From contig OZ024741.1 in NCBI GenBank assembly GCA_964016885.1, positions 201,438,001 through 201,502,000 of the forward strand: 64,000 bases of DNA, given 5' to 3'. Each line of letters begins with the position of its first letter. Within the stretch, counting starts at the first letter, position 1. Positions 42,668 through 57,289 of this stretch are shown here, in pieces. Source of the DNA: Eledone cirrhosa. Its lineage: Eukaryota. The translations under genes and the position numbers were made by a program. The notes under the pieces were generated by a model, which saw nothing but the letters and a program-made list of their open reading frames with translations, ran no database searches and was not told the DNA's origin.

Positions 42668-43540
42668 ATCAATGTTTGTACATATAATTAACCTCCTATT
42701 CAACCGAACAATCATATAGATACATATATATTGATGTTGTGAACAACAGTTTAGTATTTACAGGGTGTAATGGATGCGACATATATTATACGAGAATTGT
42801 ACAATAATTAAAATTAAAATTAAAAGCACAGAGTGGAATACATGCGACAGATAATTCAAGAGAATAGTCTAATAATTAAAGAAGCATTGAGAAAGAAGTA
42901 CATATTCAAGCGTGTAGAGATTGCACATGCGTTAGTCATACACACGAGAAGGAAACAAGCAAAGTTATTAGGCATATATGAATAATGTATGGCAAGGTAT
43001 TACATAAAATACAAGCACTTTAAGTGAATATGTTAGTGTATTATGGAGGATGTAATGCGATGATAGTTTCTGTAGAGTTTAAATTTGTATGTGTGGAGAA
43101 TATGAAAGTTAATGATTTCCTATCCATTAAATATGTTAAATTATATTTTAGTTAATGTTTGTATTGAATGTTTTTAGTTAGTTATAGTAATGGATTGTAA
43201 ATTGGTCTTATTGTATTCATATTCATGGATTAGAGTTTAAAATCAAGAAGTGAATATGAGATCCAAAATTAAGGGGAGGTAATGCCTAAGGGAGGTAACT
43301 AGCTCATTAAACTATTTAAATTCTTTGCTTTAATAGACATATAGTGTCACAATTGAGTCCCTTTTACATAATGTTATATATTTATATTTAATTTTAAATA
43401 CAGTCCACTCTCTCATAATATATTAAAGGTTTCATTAGATTGTTATCTACCCAATACTAGGCAAGATATGGAATAATGTATAGCTGTTTACATGTTCAAT
43501 TAGATAAATCCCTTATGTTAATAATTTAATCCTTTATATA

Positions 43541-43698
43541 CGCGGTTGATTGGCAGTATCGGTACGTCCCTTTACGATCTGAGTTCAAATCCCGCCGAGG
43601 TTGACTTTGCCTTTCATCCTTACGGGGTCGATAAAATAAAGTACCAGTAATGCACTGGGTAATTGCTGGCCTTGTGCCTAAAGTAGAAACAGTTATTA
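43541..43698 (+). mobile_element. Cephalopod tRNA-derived SINE
   Basis: Same family as 59434-59628. Confidence 0.85.
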
Positions 43699-43800
43699 AT
43701 TTATACATTTAATTATAAATGTATATATAATTCATTGTCACATATTACATTTAATGTCTCTACATATTATATATCCATTACTGTATATATTATAAATAAA

Positions 43801-43990
43801 CCGGTGGATTGGCAGTATCAGTAGAGGGTCGGACGCCATGCTTTGACGAAAAGAGTTACGTCCCTTTACGATCTGAGTTCAAATCCCGCCGAAGTTAACT
43901 TTGCCTTTCATCCTTACGGGGTCGATAAAATAAAGTACCAGTAATGTACTGGGTAATTGCTGGCTTTGTGCCAAAAGTAGAAACAATTAT
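43801..43990 (+). mobile_element. Cephalopod tRNA-derived SINE
   Basis: Same family; A-box-like tggcagtatcagta and B box gagttcaaatcc. Confidence 0.85.
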
Positions 43991-45924
43991 AAGTAATCTA
44001 AAGTAGTTATATTAAAAGGTGGTGACTATATGTTTATTTCTAGTAGTTATTGTAGAGTATAATGTTTGAGATAAATAGGAGTTGTGTAGAGGAAAGAGCA
44101 GATCAAAGAGTGTGATGCTGTGGGGGAAGAGAAGTCTTAGAGGTGAAGTGTTAATGGTGGTGAGGAATTCAAATCTGACATTGTTATATACTAGCGTCTA
44201 GGTTTAAAGTTATGGAATGAGTGTCGGTAGTGGTGCTGGCATGAGGAAAACACCTCTGACTTTTTATTTAGGAGATTTAGTTTCGAAAAGATCATAGTAC
44301 GGGTCTCTGGAAGACAGAGGTTACATAATTTATTCAGTGGTTTATACGATGTAGCCCTACCTACTACTTCCCATTGAAGTGTATATGGTCTATTCCTAGT
44401 TTTCAGAGAGTGTATGTAGTTAGATAGTGAAGTGGAGTTGGCTAGATTGTGCTTTTTGAAAGAGTGGAGGTGCGAGTTGTATCTCGTCTTGAAGCAGTTC
44501 GAAGTAGAGCCAATATATGTTTTAGAAAAGTTGTTTGTGTTGACCGTGCAGGAGTAAATGATGTCTTTGATTAAGCAATTATTACCTAATGGGTAAGTTC
44601 TATTTGATCTATAGTTACATTTATTTTGGATGTTAGCTTGCCGATTACTATGTTGTGTAGAAGTCTGGTTGCTATGGATAGCATTAGGGTAATGATGGTT
44701 GGCGTTCCTATTGTTATTGATTTCATTAGTGCTATTACCATTATTACTATTGCTACTAGGGTTTATAGGTACTATGTTGCTCTGTAAGTGTACCTCCTGC
44801 TGTGTTTTAATTAGTTGGAAATAATTATTAATCTTCCTTTTATTACTACTAGCTATATGGTATGCGATGTTAGGTGTGGTAGAGTAAGAGATTTTAATGA
44901 GTAAGAGATTATGGTATTTATGGCCAGATGGGAAGTTTTTTCTAGGATTGAGGAGAAAGCTTTAGGCAAGTTGGTAGAGACGTTTAAATTGAAAGGGGGA
45001 TTGAAGAATGTATTAGTTCTTCTATTTTTGTTTTTTGTAATGTCTTTTGAGGTATTTGTATTTCTGTTTATAATATTATTGTGGTGTTTACTCTGGTGCG
45101 AGTTAAGTTTGATATTACCCTTCGTATTAGAGTAAGAGTGGCTAGTACTCTTATTATTTTTCCTCATGGCCATATTGTGATAAATAATGCTGTAACTATG
45201 TGATTTTATAGGTAGGAATTCAATCCCATTTTTATGGCATGATTTAGCTAATGCCTGATTATAGTATTGGGAATGATTGTTAAATATGGTTTCGTTATAT
45301 GATAAATTAGAGATTCTATTAGATATTCCTTTAGTGATTGAGTTTAATATGGATTTAGAGTGGTTAGTCTTGGTATCCACATAAATTAGTTTTTCGTTAT
45401 GTTTATGAAAGTGTGTATATATTTTAAAGTCTAGGTAAAGGGTATCATCAAGGAAGTTAACGTTTTTAGTGTTTTTATCTAAGGTGATACTTAAGTTGAA
45501 GTTTTTGAAAATGTTATGTAATAGTTTCCTAGTTCTTTCTATATTAAATTGTTTATAGTCTATAAGGAGTAGTGCATCATCGCGGTATAAACCACCATTG
45601 AGGTAGGGTAGGTTCTTATGAATTTCATTTAGTAGATATAGGCCCACTAATAGCACTGATGAAATCAATAACAATAGGAACGACAACTATCATTACCCTA
45701 ATGCTATCCATAGCAACCAGACTTCTACACAACATAGTAACCGGCAAGCTAACAACCAAAATAAATGTAACTGTAGATCAAATAGAACTTGCTCATTAGG
45801 TAATAATTGCTTAATCAAATACATCATTTACTCCTGCACGGTCAACATTAACAACTCTTCTAAAACATATATTGGCTCTACTTCGAACTGCTTCAAGACG
45901 AGATACAACTCGCACCTCCACTCT

Positions 45925-48530
45925 CTAACAACTCTTCTTCGACGTCGGCACCCGGGTAATTAAGCACCCTGGATGCGTTCGTTGACGGCTGCCGTAGCGC
46001 AGTAAATCGCTTCGACTTCCGCCGCCGCTCCAAACGGAATAACATCTCACGGGTCGAACTCCTCGCTCTCCGCTCCCTCCGTAACCGCGACGACATCGTC
46101 ATCAAACCAGCGGACAAGGGAGGCGCTGTGGTGGTGTGGCGCGCCGACCTCTACACGGCTGAAGCCTTCAGGCAGCTCCGTAATCCCCTCTTCTACCGCC
46201 CCTACCTTCCGACCCTACCCCCCTCTACCAACAAGTTTCCTCCACCATCCACGTCTCCTCGCCCCTCACCCCTCCCACCGCCTACCACCTCATCGTCCGC
46301 ACCCACGCACCCCCACTATCTACTTCCTCCCCAAGATCCACAAACCCGACAACCCCGGCCGCCCCATCGTCTCCGCCTGCAACTGCCCCACTGAACTCAT
46401 CTCCGCCTTTCTCGACTCCATCCTCTCCCCCCTCGTCACTTCCTCCCCTCCCTCCACCATCTCCGACACCAACCACGCCATTCGCCTTTTTGACTCCCTC
46501 ACCTTCCCACCCGGCCCACACCCCTCTACTTCACTCTAGACATTAAGTCCCTGTACACCGCAATCCCCCACGCCGACGACCTACGCGCCCTCCGGCACTA
46601 CCTGGACCTTCGCCCCTCCCCCGTACCCTCCACCCCACCCTCCTTCGCCTCACCATGCTGGTCCTCACCCTTTACTGCTTCTCCTTCTCGGGTGAATTTT
46701 ACCAGCAGGTCACTGAGGTAGCCATAGGCACAAGAATGGGCCCCAACTATGCCAACCTTTTCGTTGGCCATGTTGAGGCCCAAATCTTTGCCCTGTACAC
46801 CGGCCCCACACCTGAATTGTATGGTCGGTACATTGACGACTGCATCGAATCCACGACCCTCACCCGAGAACAGCTCGACTCCTTTTTCTCCTTCTTCTGC
46901 TCCTTCCACTCCTCCCTGCACTTCACCACCTCTATCTCCACCACCCACGCCCACTTCTTGGACATCTCCGTCGCCATCGACGCCTCGTCACTTCCGCCTT
47001 CTTCAAACCCACCAACTCCCACTCCTACCTCGACTTCACCTCCTCCCAACCTACACACACCAAACACTCCATTCCCTATTTCCTACTCCCAACTCCTCCG
47101 GATACGCCGCCTCTGCAGCTGAGATGCTGACTTCGAGACTCAGGCCCTGTCTCTGGTCAGCCATTTCATCCGGAGAGGTTACCCCCTCCTTCGTCCACGC
47201 TGCCCTTACTCGTGCCCGCGCAGTGCCCCCCCCCCCCCCCCACACACACACTAAAACACTTCCAAGATTCACCGTCCCCTCACTTCCAGCTACCCCAAAC
47301 TAATAATACTAACAACCCCTAATCCCTCTCCCTATCATACGCGCACCCACACCCTCAACACGCACGCACCCACCAGTACATATATACACTCACTCACACT
47401 ATTCACACACCCTTCTACCACCACTAACCCTCACCCACACATCCATATCCGACCACCCCACCACTAATAATACAAATATCCCCCCAACACCCCTTTCTTC
47501 TCACCACACACACCAGCATTACATACACTCACCTACACCCACGTACACACCGATACACAACCCACTCCACACCCGCACTACCACCACTAACCGCCACCCA
47601 TACATCCGTATTCGACTCCCCCACCACCACCACCACTAATAATACTGACACCCACCCTACTACACACACACACACTCATACCCAAACACGCTCACACACA
47701 CCAGTATATTACACTCATTTATACTGTACCCAGCATCTCTCTCTCTCCCCCCGTACTACCAACACCCCACCCCCACACACACATCCTATTAACACCTCAA
47801 CTAATATACACACAACCCCACAGACACACACCGTCACCCTCTCCCTCAACTGTTCACACTAACCCACCTCCTCTCTTGTCCACCGCACCTCCGCACACAT
47901 ATACACACACATTCCACACACACATACAGACCACTCACCTGTCTGTCATCCCCCTAACCGCTATCTCCTCACTCTCTCGCATCCTTCGCCCTGCCTTCAC
48001 CGCCTGCCTTGACCTTCTTGACCACTTCCTGTTGCGCGAGTGCCCTAGAACTCTCTACCTCCTCCGCACCATTCCACGGATCCTACACAACTGGTCACAC
48101 GCTCCAGACATCCACCTTTTTATACTCGGATCTTTTCACCATCTGTCCATACACTCACCGGGAAAACATTCAGGAACACACACACACACAAACACTTACA
48201 CTATTTTCGCAAACACGCAACCATACTTTCCCACGTATCCACACCACACAAAAACACACACACACACACACACGTGCGTATCCTCACATACACATACTTG
48301 GCCTCCGAACTCCACACGCCCCCTCTCCCCCACCCCTTCGACCCCTCTCCATCCACACGCACACACACACTGACTTACAGCCCACCCCATGTACACACCG
48401 GTTTTCCTATTACTCGAACATGGAACCTCGTTCTTCCCCAAACTCTCACACTCACATCCACACATACACGTACACCTACACACATACATCAACACCAACT
48501 TCCGCCCTCACCGCTCGGACCCTCTGTTTC
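45925..48530 (+). mobile_element. C-rich PLE RT (Neptune-like), frameshifted, with C/A-rich downstream region
   Basis: IVIKPADKGGAVVVW, YFLPKIHK..PGRPIVS, TLDIKSLYT, AIGTRMGPNYANLFVG, YGRYIDD, HFLDI, YSQLLRIRRLCS. Confidence 0.88.
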
Positions 48531-48535
48531 CAAAA

Positions 48536-48669
48536 GCTTTTGACAACAGCTGGTGATATACATGTAAGTAAATATTTTCCTTATCTGATATTTTGTAACT
48601 AACCTTACATAGATCGATAACGAAGTATGGTTACGATGTATTATCATCACCGAGAAACGATCGTAAAGC
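48536..48669 (+). ncRNA. Hammerhead motif, U3:A8 variant with long stem II
   Basis: gctt-TTGACAA-(tggtgatatacatgtaa...ttacgatgtattatcatca)-GAAA-C-GATC-G-TA-aagc. Confidence 0.6.
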
Positions 48670-48790
48670 AGTGAAGTATATTTCTAATGACTTGAATTTT
48701 TATTTCATTGCTTTAACTTATAACATGACTCTGTTTTCCTTTTAATGTTTTATTGTTTTCCGGGATTTATTTTAACCTACAACATTTTCA

Positions 48791-49136
48791 ACATTTATGT
48801 GTGTGTACATATATGCATGTGTGTATATATATGTGTATATATGTGTGTGATTGGGAGTGAGTCTGTCCTTGTGCCTCTCTATACGGACACGTATGTATAT
48901 GTGCGTGTGCGTATCTGTGTATATGTCTGTATGTGTTTGTGTATATGAGCAGATATACGCGTACGCATGTGTGTGTCCATGTATGCGTGTGTGTATGTGA
49001 GCCTGTGTATGTATACATATATATATATATGTATACATACACAGACTCACATACACACACACACGCACACAACCATATAACTAACAACATACGCGTCCTC
49101 AGACGCCTGCCTACAGGCTCGCGTACATCAGCACTC

Positions 49137-49177
<41 letters not shown>

Positions 49178-49402
49178 TACATGGACACACACATGCGTAC
49201 GCGTATATTTGCTCATATACACAAACACGTACAGACATATACACAGACACGCACACGCACATATACACACGTGTCCGTATCCAGAGGCACAAGGACAGAC
49301 TCGTTCCCAATCACACACATATATATACATACATATACACACACATATATATATACATATATATATATATATACATGCATATATGTACACACACATAAAT
49401 GT
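48791..49402. repeat. Imperfect inverted repeat of microsatellite-rich sequence
   Basis: gattgggagtgagtctgtccttgtgcctct (48849) inverts agaggcacaaggacagactcgttcccaatc (49283). Confidence 0.75.
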
Positions 49403-49810
49403 ACACACAAACAACGAAACCCTTACTCCATAGTAGGTGCACGTACATAAACGCACACACACACACACACTGGCTCATATACATTCAAACAAATACACGC
49501 CCAATAACCTCCGCGCCCACGTACATCTATAAAGATACATACACGCATACATATATCTGTCCGTACACAAATATGATATACCCACAGTTATATAAACCTG
49601 CACAATGGGTCGTACAGGGTCATCCATGAAAGGATGCATCTTGTTATACACATGCACGAATATAAACAATGTAACCAAATACATACATACATACACATAC
49701 ATGCATGTATACATACACACATATAAAGAAAGAAATAAGTAAATAAAAAGATAAAAAAATAAATAAATGTATATATATATATATACACACACACATACAC
49801 GCACACACAC

Positions 49811-49859
<49 letters not shown>

Positions 49860-50042
49860 CACACATACATACATATATATATATACATATATATACACAC
49901 ACACTTACTCACACACACATATACATACAAAAATATACATACACATCTATAAAAAAAAACGTACAATATACTAAAATATACGTATAACGTCATACATTAA
50001 AAGTTGTATCTTGTACTAAACATGCACAGATATAAACATTAT

Positions 50043-50222
50043 AGGGCGGTGGATTGGCAGTATTGGTAGAGTGTCGGATGCCATGCTTTGGCGCATAGAG
50101 TTACGGCCCTTGCCATTCTGAGTTCAAATCCCGCCGAGGTTAACTTTGCCTTTCATCCTTACGGGGTCGATAAAATAAAGTACCAGTAATTGCTGGCCTT
50201 GTGCCTAACGTAGAAACAATTA
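50043..50222 (+). mobile_element. Cephalopod tRNA-derived SINE
   Basis: Same family as above. Confidence 0.85.
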
Positions 50223-51029
50223 TAATCATATACATACATCCGTACGCCTTCACGTAACATATACATATATAACTCTATATATATATACACATATATATAT
50301 ACATACACATATACACAGATATAAAAACAATAAAATAAATATACAGTATATTAAAATATGCATATAACGTCACAGAGATATATATAAAAAAAAAGAGAGG
50401 AGAAAGAAGAAATTACGTGTATGCTTATGATCTAGTACACATAGGGGGTATGAGATGCATACGCATACACATATACACACTTATAAAAACAATAAAATAA
50501 AATAAGTAAAATAAATAAATATACAATATATTAAAATATGCGTATAACGTCACATAGAGATATATAAAAAAAAAAGAGGAGAAAGAAGGTACGTGTATTC
50601 GTATGATATAGTACACATGGGGAGTATGAGATGCACACTTAGGTCTGTATACGGAACAAATAATATGTGTTCCAAAATGGAACAGGTGGAGAGAATGTAT
50701 TCACGATTGAAAAGATACCCATGTGCGGGGGTGCGTAGCCCGGTCATATTGGAGTATGTTACTGTGGTTGAGGTATGTTGTCTTATAGGTGTAGGTATTT
50801 GACTGAAAGACTGTGGAATCCGGGTCAACCTGTCCCGGCTCAGGCGATGTTCCTGCCTAGGGTGACGTGCAGAGTCGGGTATGCATCTTGGGTTATTTTG
50901 TTTTAACCCACTGGGCATATATTGGCATCAGGGTATGGTGTCTGATCCCTTGAACCCGTTTCGTCGCTCTGTTCGGCGCATGCTCCACCACGAGCCCTTA
51001 GCCTGGGCTTCCCGGAGGATTCCATGCGG

Positions 51030-51720
51030 AGAGTGTGCACCTTCTCTGGTGTCTGCGGGTCATAATAATTTCTGATTTCAGGTTGACCGCATCATCCTTC
51101 AGTCTGACTATTTCCATGGCCTCGTATAGGCATAGGCCACACTTTCTACTTCCAGCCGAGTATGCATTCGCGTTCCGAACGGTACTTCAGTCAAAGGCCT
51201 TTGTCTTTCAGGTCCCACACCAGGTCCGCTAACCTAGTGGAGTGCCTCTTACTACGGTCCTTGAAGGAGTTCGTGTGGTTATACATCCGCGATTTAAAGG
51301 TCGTGGGTGTTCCGCCGATGTAGGTGCGCTTTACATTGTGGGTGCTAACCATACATTTGTATACCAGGCCCTACAGGAATCTTCCCTGTAGGGGGCACTG
51401 GGTACCCGCTCTGCAGTTACATGTTCTATAGTTGTTTTGTTCACTTTGGACGCCTGGCCCTCGATCTGCCAGGGTCCTCAACCTCCTCAACCGATTCTCA
51501 GGGTCTTGTTCCGCCGGCACGATGGTCTCCCCCCCCCCCGCCACTCGTTCCCTCCTGGCTTTGGATTGTATCGCCTTCCGCGGGCGTGGCGGCCGCCGCG
51601 GGGGCCGGGTTGTTATTGGAAGGTCGGCCCCCGAAGGGTCCTCCACGCTCCGCGGTTGACGGTTGATGTTCCCCATCTTTACCGCGTTGGATTTGGTCAT
51701 GTAGTCGGCCATGTTAGGTG
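51030..51720 (-). mobile_element. PLE linker plus GIY-YIG EN fragment (Hydra-clade-like)
   Basis: TCNCRAGTQCPLQG, LVYKC, YIGGTPTTFKSRMYNH, CGLCLYEAMEI. Confidence 0.8.
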
Positions 51721-51815
51721 CTGTGGATCACTGATTTTTCGTTTTATATTATATCACACTCTGCTCTGTAAGAACATAGGCATACCGCCTATGGAAGCAT
51801 CTTAGCTACCATCAA

Positions 51816-51922
<107 letters not shown>

Positions 51923-52079
51923 TAGTCTTTTTGGAAGCCTCAACAATGCAGAATGGTAAATCGCTGGGTAACAACAAAATGAGGTGGTAGTGAGATGACA
52001 AAGAGAAGTAGGAAAAGTGTAGAAAGAGGCGTAGAGAGCGTAAAAGAACGTTAAAAAGGCGTAAAAAGACAAGAGATAG

Positions 52080-52720
52080 TGTTACCTATAATTCGGATTT
52101 CACATCCGTCAACAAGAGGGATTTCCGAGGGGAAAGTGTTGCGTCGGAGAAGGGACAACGCGTGGTCTTCGTTGTTTACTGTGAGCGTACAAGTGAAATA
52201 CTCTATCGAGCTCGTGTGCGCGCGGTATTGATGTGGTCAACTAAAGTTCGTAGCAGTCCCTTAACACTAGAGTAGTGGAGTGGTGGGTTTGTGCGTACGC
52301 ATCCTTGCTGCCAAGTCTTTGCGTTCTATCAGTGGCAGTTAGGTTGGTGGTATTAGTCTGTCCGTTTGTTATCTGTCTGTATCGGTCGGTGGGCGGTAAA
52401 TACTATATACACACAATAATATTTGCTCAACTGTCACAATGTGTGTGTTGTTCTATAATTACCAGCCATCGCGTCTCTCTTCTTTCGGGTCGTTTATTGA
52501 TTCGCGGTTCGAGACGTTTTATCCAGAGTTCTTCCTTGATCTTTAAAGTTCCAACGCTGCGCTCCGTCGCTAACACTCTGACAATGGGTCTTCCGTCTTT
52601 GTTTCTGCATTTGATTATGTGTTTTCGGAAAGACGAGGCTCTAGTGTTGACATGTTCTTTGATCTGGACGTGTAGAGGAAGGATAGTGAACGCAGGCATC
52701 CCGGTAGAAGGATGTTCTTG
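52080..52720 (-). mobile_element. PLE EN C-terminus plus 3' region, relative of the 40.5 kb element
   Basis: ORF 52427-52699 PLHVQIKEHVNTRASSFRKHIIKC..LKIKEELWI..INKR. Confidence 0.75.
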
Positions 52721-52864
52721 ATGGTGGTGGAGATAACATCGTTATATATATATGCATATATCACCTTGATCACCTTGACCGACCAGTCTGTCGGGCGCCA
52801 ATTGGCGCCGCTGGTCACAGCACGTCGCGCTGTTTTAGCCATAAGATAACGCCATCCCACTAGC

Positions 52865-53005
52865 TGGGCGTGCAGGCCGGTACTCATTTCTACAGCTGAG
52901 TAAACTGGGGCAACGTGACATAAAGTGTCTTGCTCAAGGAAACAACATATCACCCGGTCCGAGAATTGACTTCACAACCTTTCGATTGCAAGGCCATATA
53001 TATAT

Positions 53006-53052
<47 letters not shown>

Positions 53053-53072
53053 GTATATATATATGTGTATAT

Positions 53073-53119
<47 letters not shown>

Positions 53120-53337
53120 TGGGGGATCGATCGACTTTCGTCAAATCGGACCTAGGAAACAATGTTTCCGTTGGTCTTTCCAATTGCTATTACTATCTAT
53201 CGGTCGCAACTCCAGGTAGAAGGAGCAACGTGAAATAAAGTGTCTTGCTCAAGGACATAACGCATCGCCCGGTTCAGGAATCGAACTCACAACCTCAAGA
53301 TTGTGAATCCAATTCTCTAACCACTCTGCCACACGCA
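52865..53337 (-). mobile_element. Two CORE-like tRNA SINE fragments (52865-52996 and 53210-53337)
   Basis: Reverse complement shows gtggcagagtggttag (A box), gagttcgattcc (B box), ccttgagcaagacactt. Confidence 0.7.
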
Positions 53338-53765
53338 TACGATATATTAACAAATGGAAACTATATTTATAAAACCATATTTATTTCATTATACATATTT
53401 CAAGGACACCAAGTTAAATTATGGTGTGCTTTCATCAGATAAAATATAATATAGATCAGTTTTATAAATAAATATTGACATACCCATAAAGAATGCGACC
53501 ATTTCTGTTGGAAGCTCCCGGATAGAAATTGTCGCATTCTTTAAGGGTATGTCAATATTTATTTATAAAACTGATCTATATTATATTTTAATATAATTTA
53601 ACTTGGTGTCCTTGAAATATGTATAATGAAATAAATATGGTTTTATAAATATAGTTTCCATTTGTTAATATATCGTATTTTTACTCCAATAATTTGTTGA
53701 GTGCATTATATCAGTTATAAAAATATTTGCTTGTTGTATCCCAACAATTTAAATAGAACTTCTAC
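53337..53765. mobile_element. Palindromic mini-PLE; HHR intact at 53384-53444 (minus), core deleted in the plus arm
   Basis: Arms 53337-53506 and 53523-53678; ttttat-CTGATGA-..cacc/ggtg..-GAAA-TATGTA-TA-atgaaa. Confidence 0.8.
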
Positions 53766-53784
53766 ATATATATATATATATATG

Positions 53785-54492
53785 TGGACCTTGACCGCGG
53801 AATCAACTACCATCCTAGGATTTTACCAACCATTCCACAACATCTTCTTACGGAATCACCTTTTTGACTCACCCCAACAGACCCCCAAACATTCTTTTTC
53901 CCACACACCACCTACACCCATAATACGCTTAAACCCCACACACACGTGCGTTCCACCACATATTTACACATTCAGCCTCCGGATTCCTCTCCCTCCACCC
54001 CTCTATCCACACACGCACACACACTCCGACCTACACCCCACCCCACACACACACCTCTTCCTGAACATGCAACCCCGTTCTTCCCCCAACCCTTGCTTTC
54101 ATATACACACACACACACGTACACCTACACACACACACCACCTTCAGCCCTCCCCGCTCGGACACCCCGTCTCCCTCTCCCCACTCCACCCGCCACAATC
54201 CCTACACGCCCCACACTCTTCCACAACCTGTTTTACCCCATTTTAATTTTATTTTGATCATGCTTTTATTTTTAATTTCATTCGCACCGTTTCCTCCCAC
54301 CCCCTTTTTGCTATATGTCTCTCCACCACTCCCCTACACACCCTTTGAACTCTCTTCCCACACACTTTTCACCTGAAGAAGGGCTTATGCCCGAAACGTC
54401 GTTCCCCACCACCACCCCACTCTCAAGAGCGTGAAATTAATAAACATTCGTTGTACTGCCTCTCTGTTTTGTTCCTGTTCAAATTTTTCATT
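53785..54492 (+). mobile_element. 3' end of a C-rich Neptune-like PLE with HHR-like motif at 54373-54400
   Basis: Similar to 48270-48530; CTGAAGA-agggc ttat gccc-GAAAC-GTC. Confidence 0.6.
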
Positions 54493-54854
54493 ATATATAT
54501 ATATATCCCTGGTTTTCTGTTGAGCTCTGCTGATGATTGAAATTCCAACCGTGACCATCTCCACTGAAAGTTTTCATGAAATAGTCTTTTAAGACTATAC
54601 AGAGCATTTGATGTTATTCCAAATTGAAGGATAAGTGTTTCAAACTTTATTTTATCATGAGTTAAAGGTCTATAGATTTTCCCTGGATTTTACTAAATTC
54701 TGTGGATGAATTTATATCCTGATTCTCTTTTGAGATGAGTTTGAGTTATTTTTCCTAAATCTTTCGTTAACTACTTTTCCCATCTTGACGTTATAGTCGC
54801 ATATATGTTATAGAATGCCGTTAGCTTCTTGCTAAAACAATCTCTATACCTCTC

Positions 54855-54900
<46 letters not shown>

Positions 54901-54901
54901 G

Positions 54902-55408
<507 letters not shown>

Positions 55409-55450
55409 TGTTTACTGTCTCGCTCGTTCCTCCTATTTACGTGTCCCAAC

Positions 55451-55530
55451 GACTTTCTTTAGCTGTTGCTCGCACCAAGCGATGAAATACCAATGAAGGC
55501 TGGAAGATCACTGATGAAGGACTAATTTTA

Positions 55531-55597
<67 letters not shown>

Positions 55598-55788
55598 CAA
55601 AGGAATTGTGGTAAGGAACCAGATGGACCATAACGCACCAGAGTATTCAATACTTAGGGTAGTAGAGTGGGAAATAGGAAAAGGTATGACCCCGACGGCA
55701 GAGCTCAAGCCGTTTCGACGGCTATTTCTGGACTCCAGAAATAACCGTCGAAACGGCTTGAGCTCTGCTGTCGGGGTCATACCTTTTC

Positions 55789-55855
<67 letters not shown>

Positions 55856-55936
55856 TAAAATTAGTCCTTCATCAGTGATCTTCCAGCCTTCATTGGTATT
55901 TCATCGCTTGGTGCGAGCAACAGCTAAAGAAAGTCG
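55451..55936. repeat. Nested inverted repeats separated by (TA)n
   Basis: Outer arms 55451-55533 and 55852-55936; inner near-perfect palindrome 55672-55794. Confidence 0.9.
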
Positions 55937-55971
55937 TATATATATATATATATTCATATAGTAATTGGAAT

Positions 55972-56923
55972 AACACAAGGAAGCTGTTAAGACAGCAAAA
56001 TGCCGTCAGTGGTGGCGTCGGGTAAAATTTACCTCAAAGTATAGAAATCAGTGGCTAGAAGTGTGTTGGCTCATAGAAACGATGGGAATAAATGAGTAAA
56101 GGATAAAATAGACGAGAGGAGATCTCACAAACATTAAATGTTCTCATCAGCTTTTAGACCGCCTGTAGCTTCGACGATTTAACTAAAAGGACCACGTAAG
56201 ATAGATGACGCGTAACAACGCTGAAATAAGTAACTCTGTTGGTATAATGTTTGTGGGATAAACTAATAGATTGATAGGCAGACAGACAGGTCAGAGAGAG
56301 AGAAGAATGAAGTGCATCCATTCAGCTTCAAGTCACTGTAAGAAAGAGAAGAACAATGGCTCTCTACGCGGAAATGACGTATATGAACGGTGGTTATGCG
56401 AAGGGAGAAAGAAAGAAAAGAAGCAGTAAGAGGAAGGGAAAAGTGGGGAGGGGGAAAAGAATGAAAGAAATGGTAAGAAAGGAAGAGGGAAGAAAAAGGC
56501 CAACAAACCTCTGGCATGGTATCAGTCCGAAATAGAAAGCTATAATAGTTATGAAAAATGTAAACAAATGTATCTCGAATATCGAATCGAAACGTGTGTA
56601 TAATAGAATTCATAGAATAACTGGAAGAACTCAGCACAAGGAAGCTGTTAAAAAAGCAAAATGCAGTCAATTGCGGCGTCGGGTAAAATTTACTTCAAAG
56701 GATAGAAATCAATGGCTAGAAGTGTGTTGGCTCGTAGAAGCGACAGGAAAAAATAAGAAAGGGATAAAATAGACACGAGCGGATCTCACAAACATTAGAT
56801 TTTCTCATCAAGTTTTAGACTACCTGTAGTTTTGATGATTTAACTAAGAGGATCACGTAAGATAGCCAGTTCGTAACAACGCAGAAATAAATATCTCTGT
56901 TGGTATAATGTTTGTGGGAGAAA
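55972..56923. repeat. Direct repeats of ~290 bp, 661 bp apart
   Basis: cacaaggaagctgttaa...ctctgttggtataatgtttgtggga at 55974-56259 and 56635-56919. Confidence 0.85.
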
Positions 56924-57289
56924 CATTAGCAGCTCAAAGAAAAATACACAAACCACACATTTTGTATACTATAAGAATCAAATGTACCCTAATTATAGAA
57001 TGGATGATCACATCATTAAAAAAAAACTCATAAAACAGAAGACCATATGCACTGATTCTAACCACGAACTCATAGTTAAAATACACTATATACATAATAT
57101 ATATTCATATATCTGTACTTAAATGCAAGTGACATTGTCTTGCTCATACCGAACTGATTTGGGTTTGGTTTCTACAGCTGAATACCCTTCTTAATGCCAA
57201 CCTCATTTACAGTGTATACCGGGTACTTTTTGTTGTGACACCTAGATGACCACTTTACAGTGTGGGCAGAGTGCTTTTTCTTTAAACGT

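Larger units (their letters stand above)
42480..45655 (-). mobile_element. Hydra-clade-like PLE (RT C-half, EN, long 3' UTR, HHR)
   Basis: ORF 44853-45686 VGLYLL..GGLYRDD..NFLD..FFNPPF; EN motifs YIGSTSNCFKTRYNSH at about 44470-44520. Confidence 0.85.

Noticed and set aside
52085-52125. Possible HHR at the 3' end of the 52 kb PLE
   Set aside because: Core too degenerate to call
54530-54565. CTGATGA as a possible hammerhead core
   Set aside because: No convincing stem II, GAAA and NUH arrangement follows
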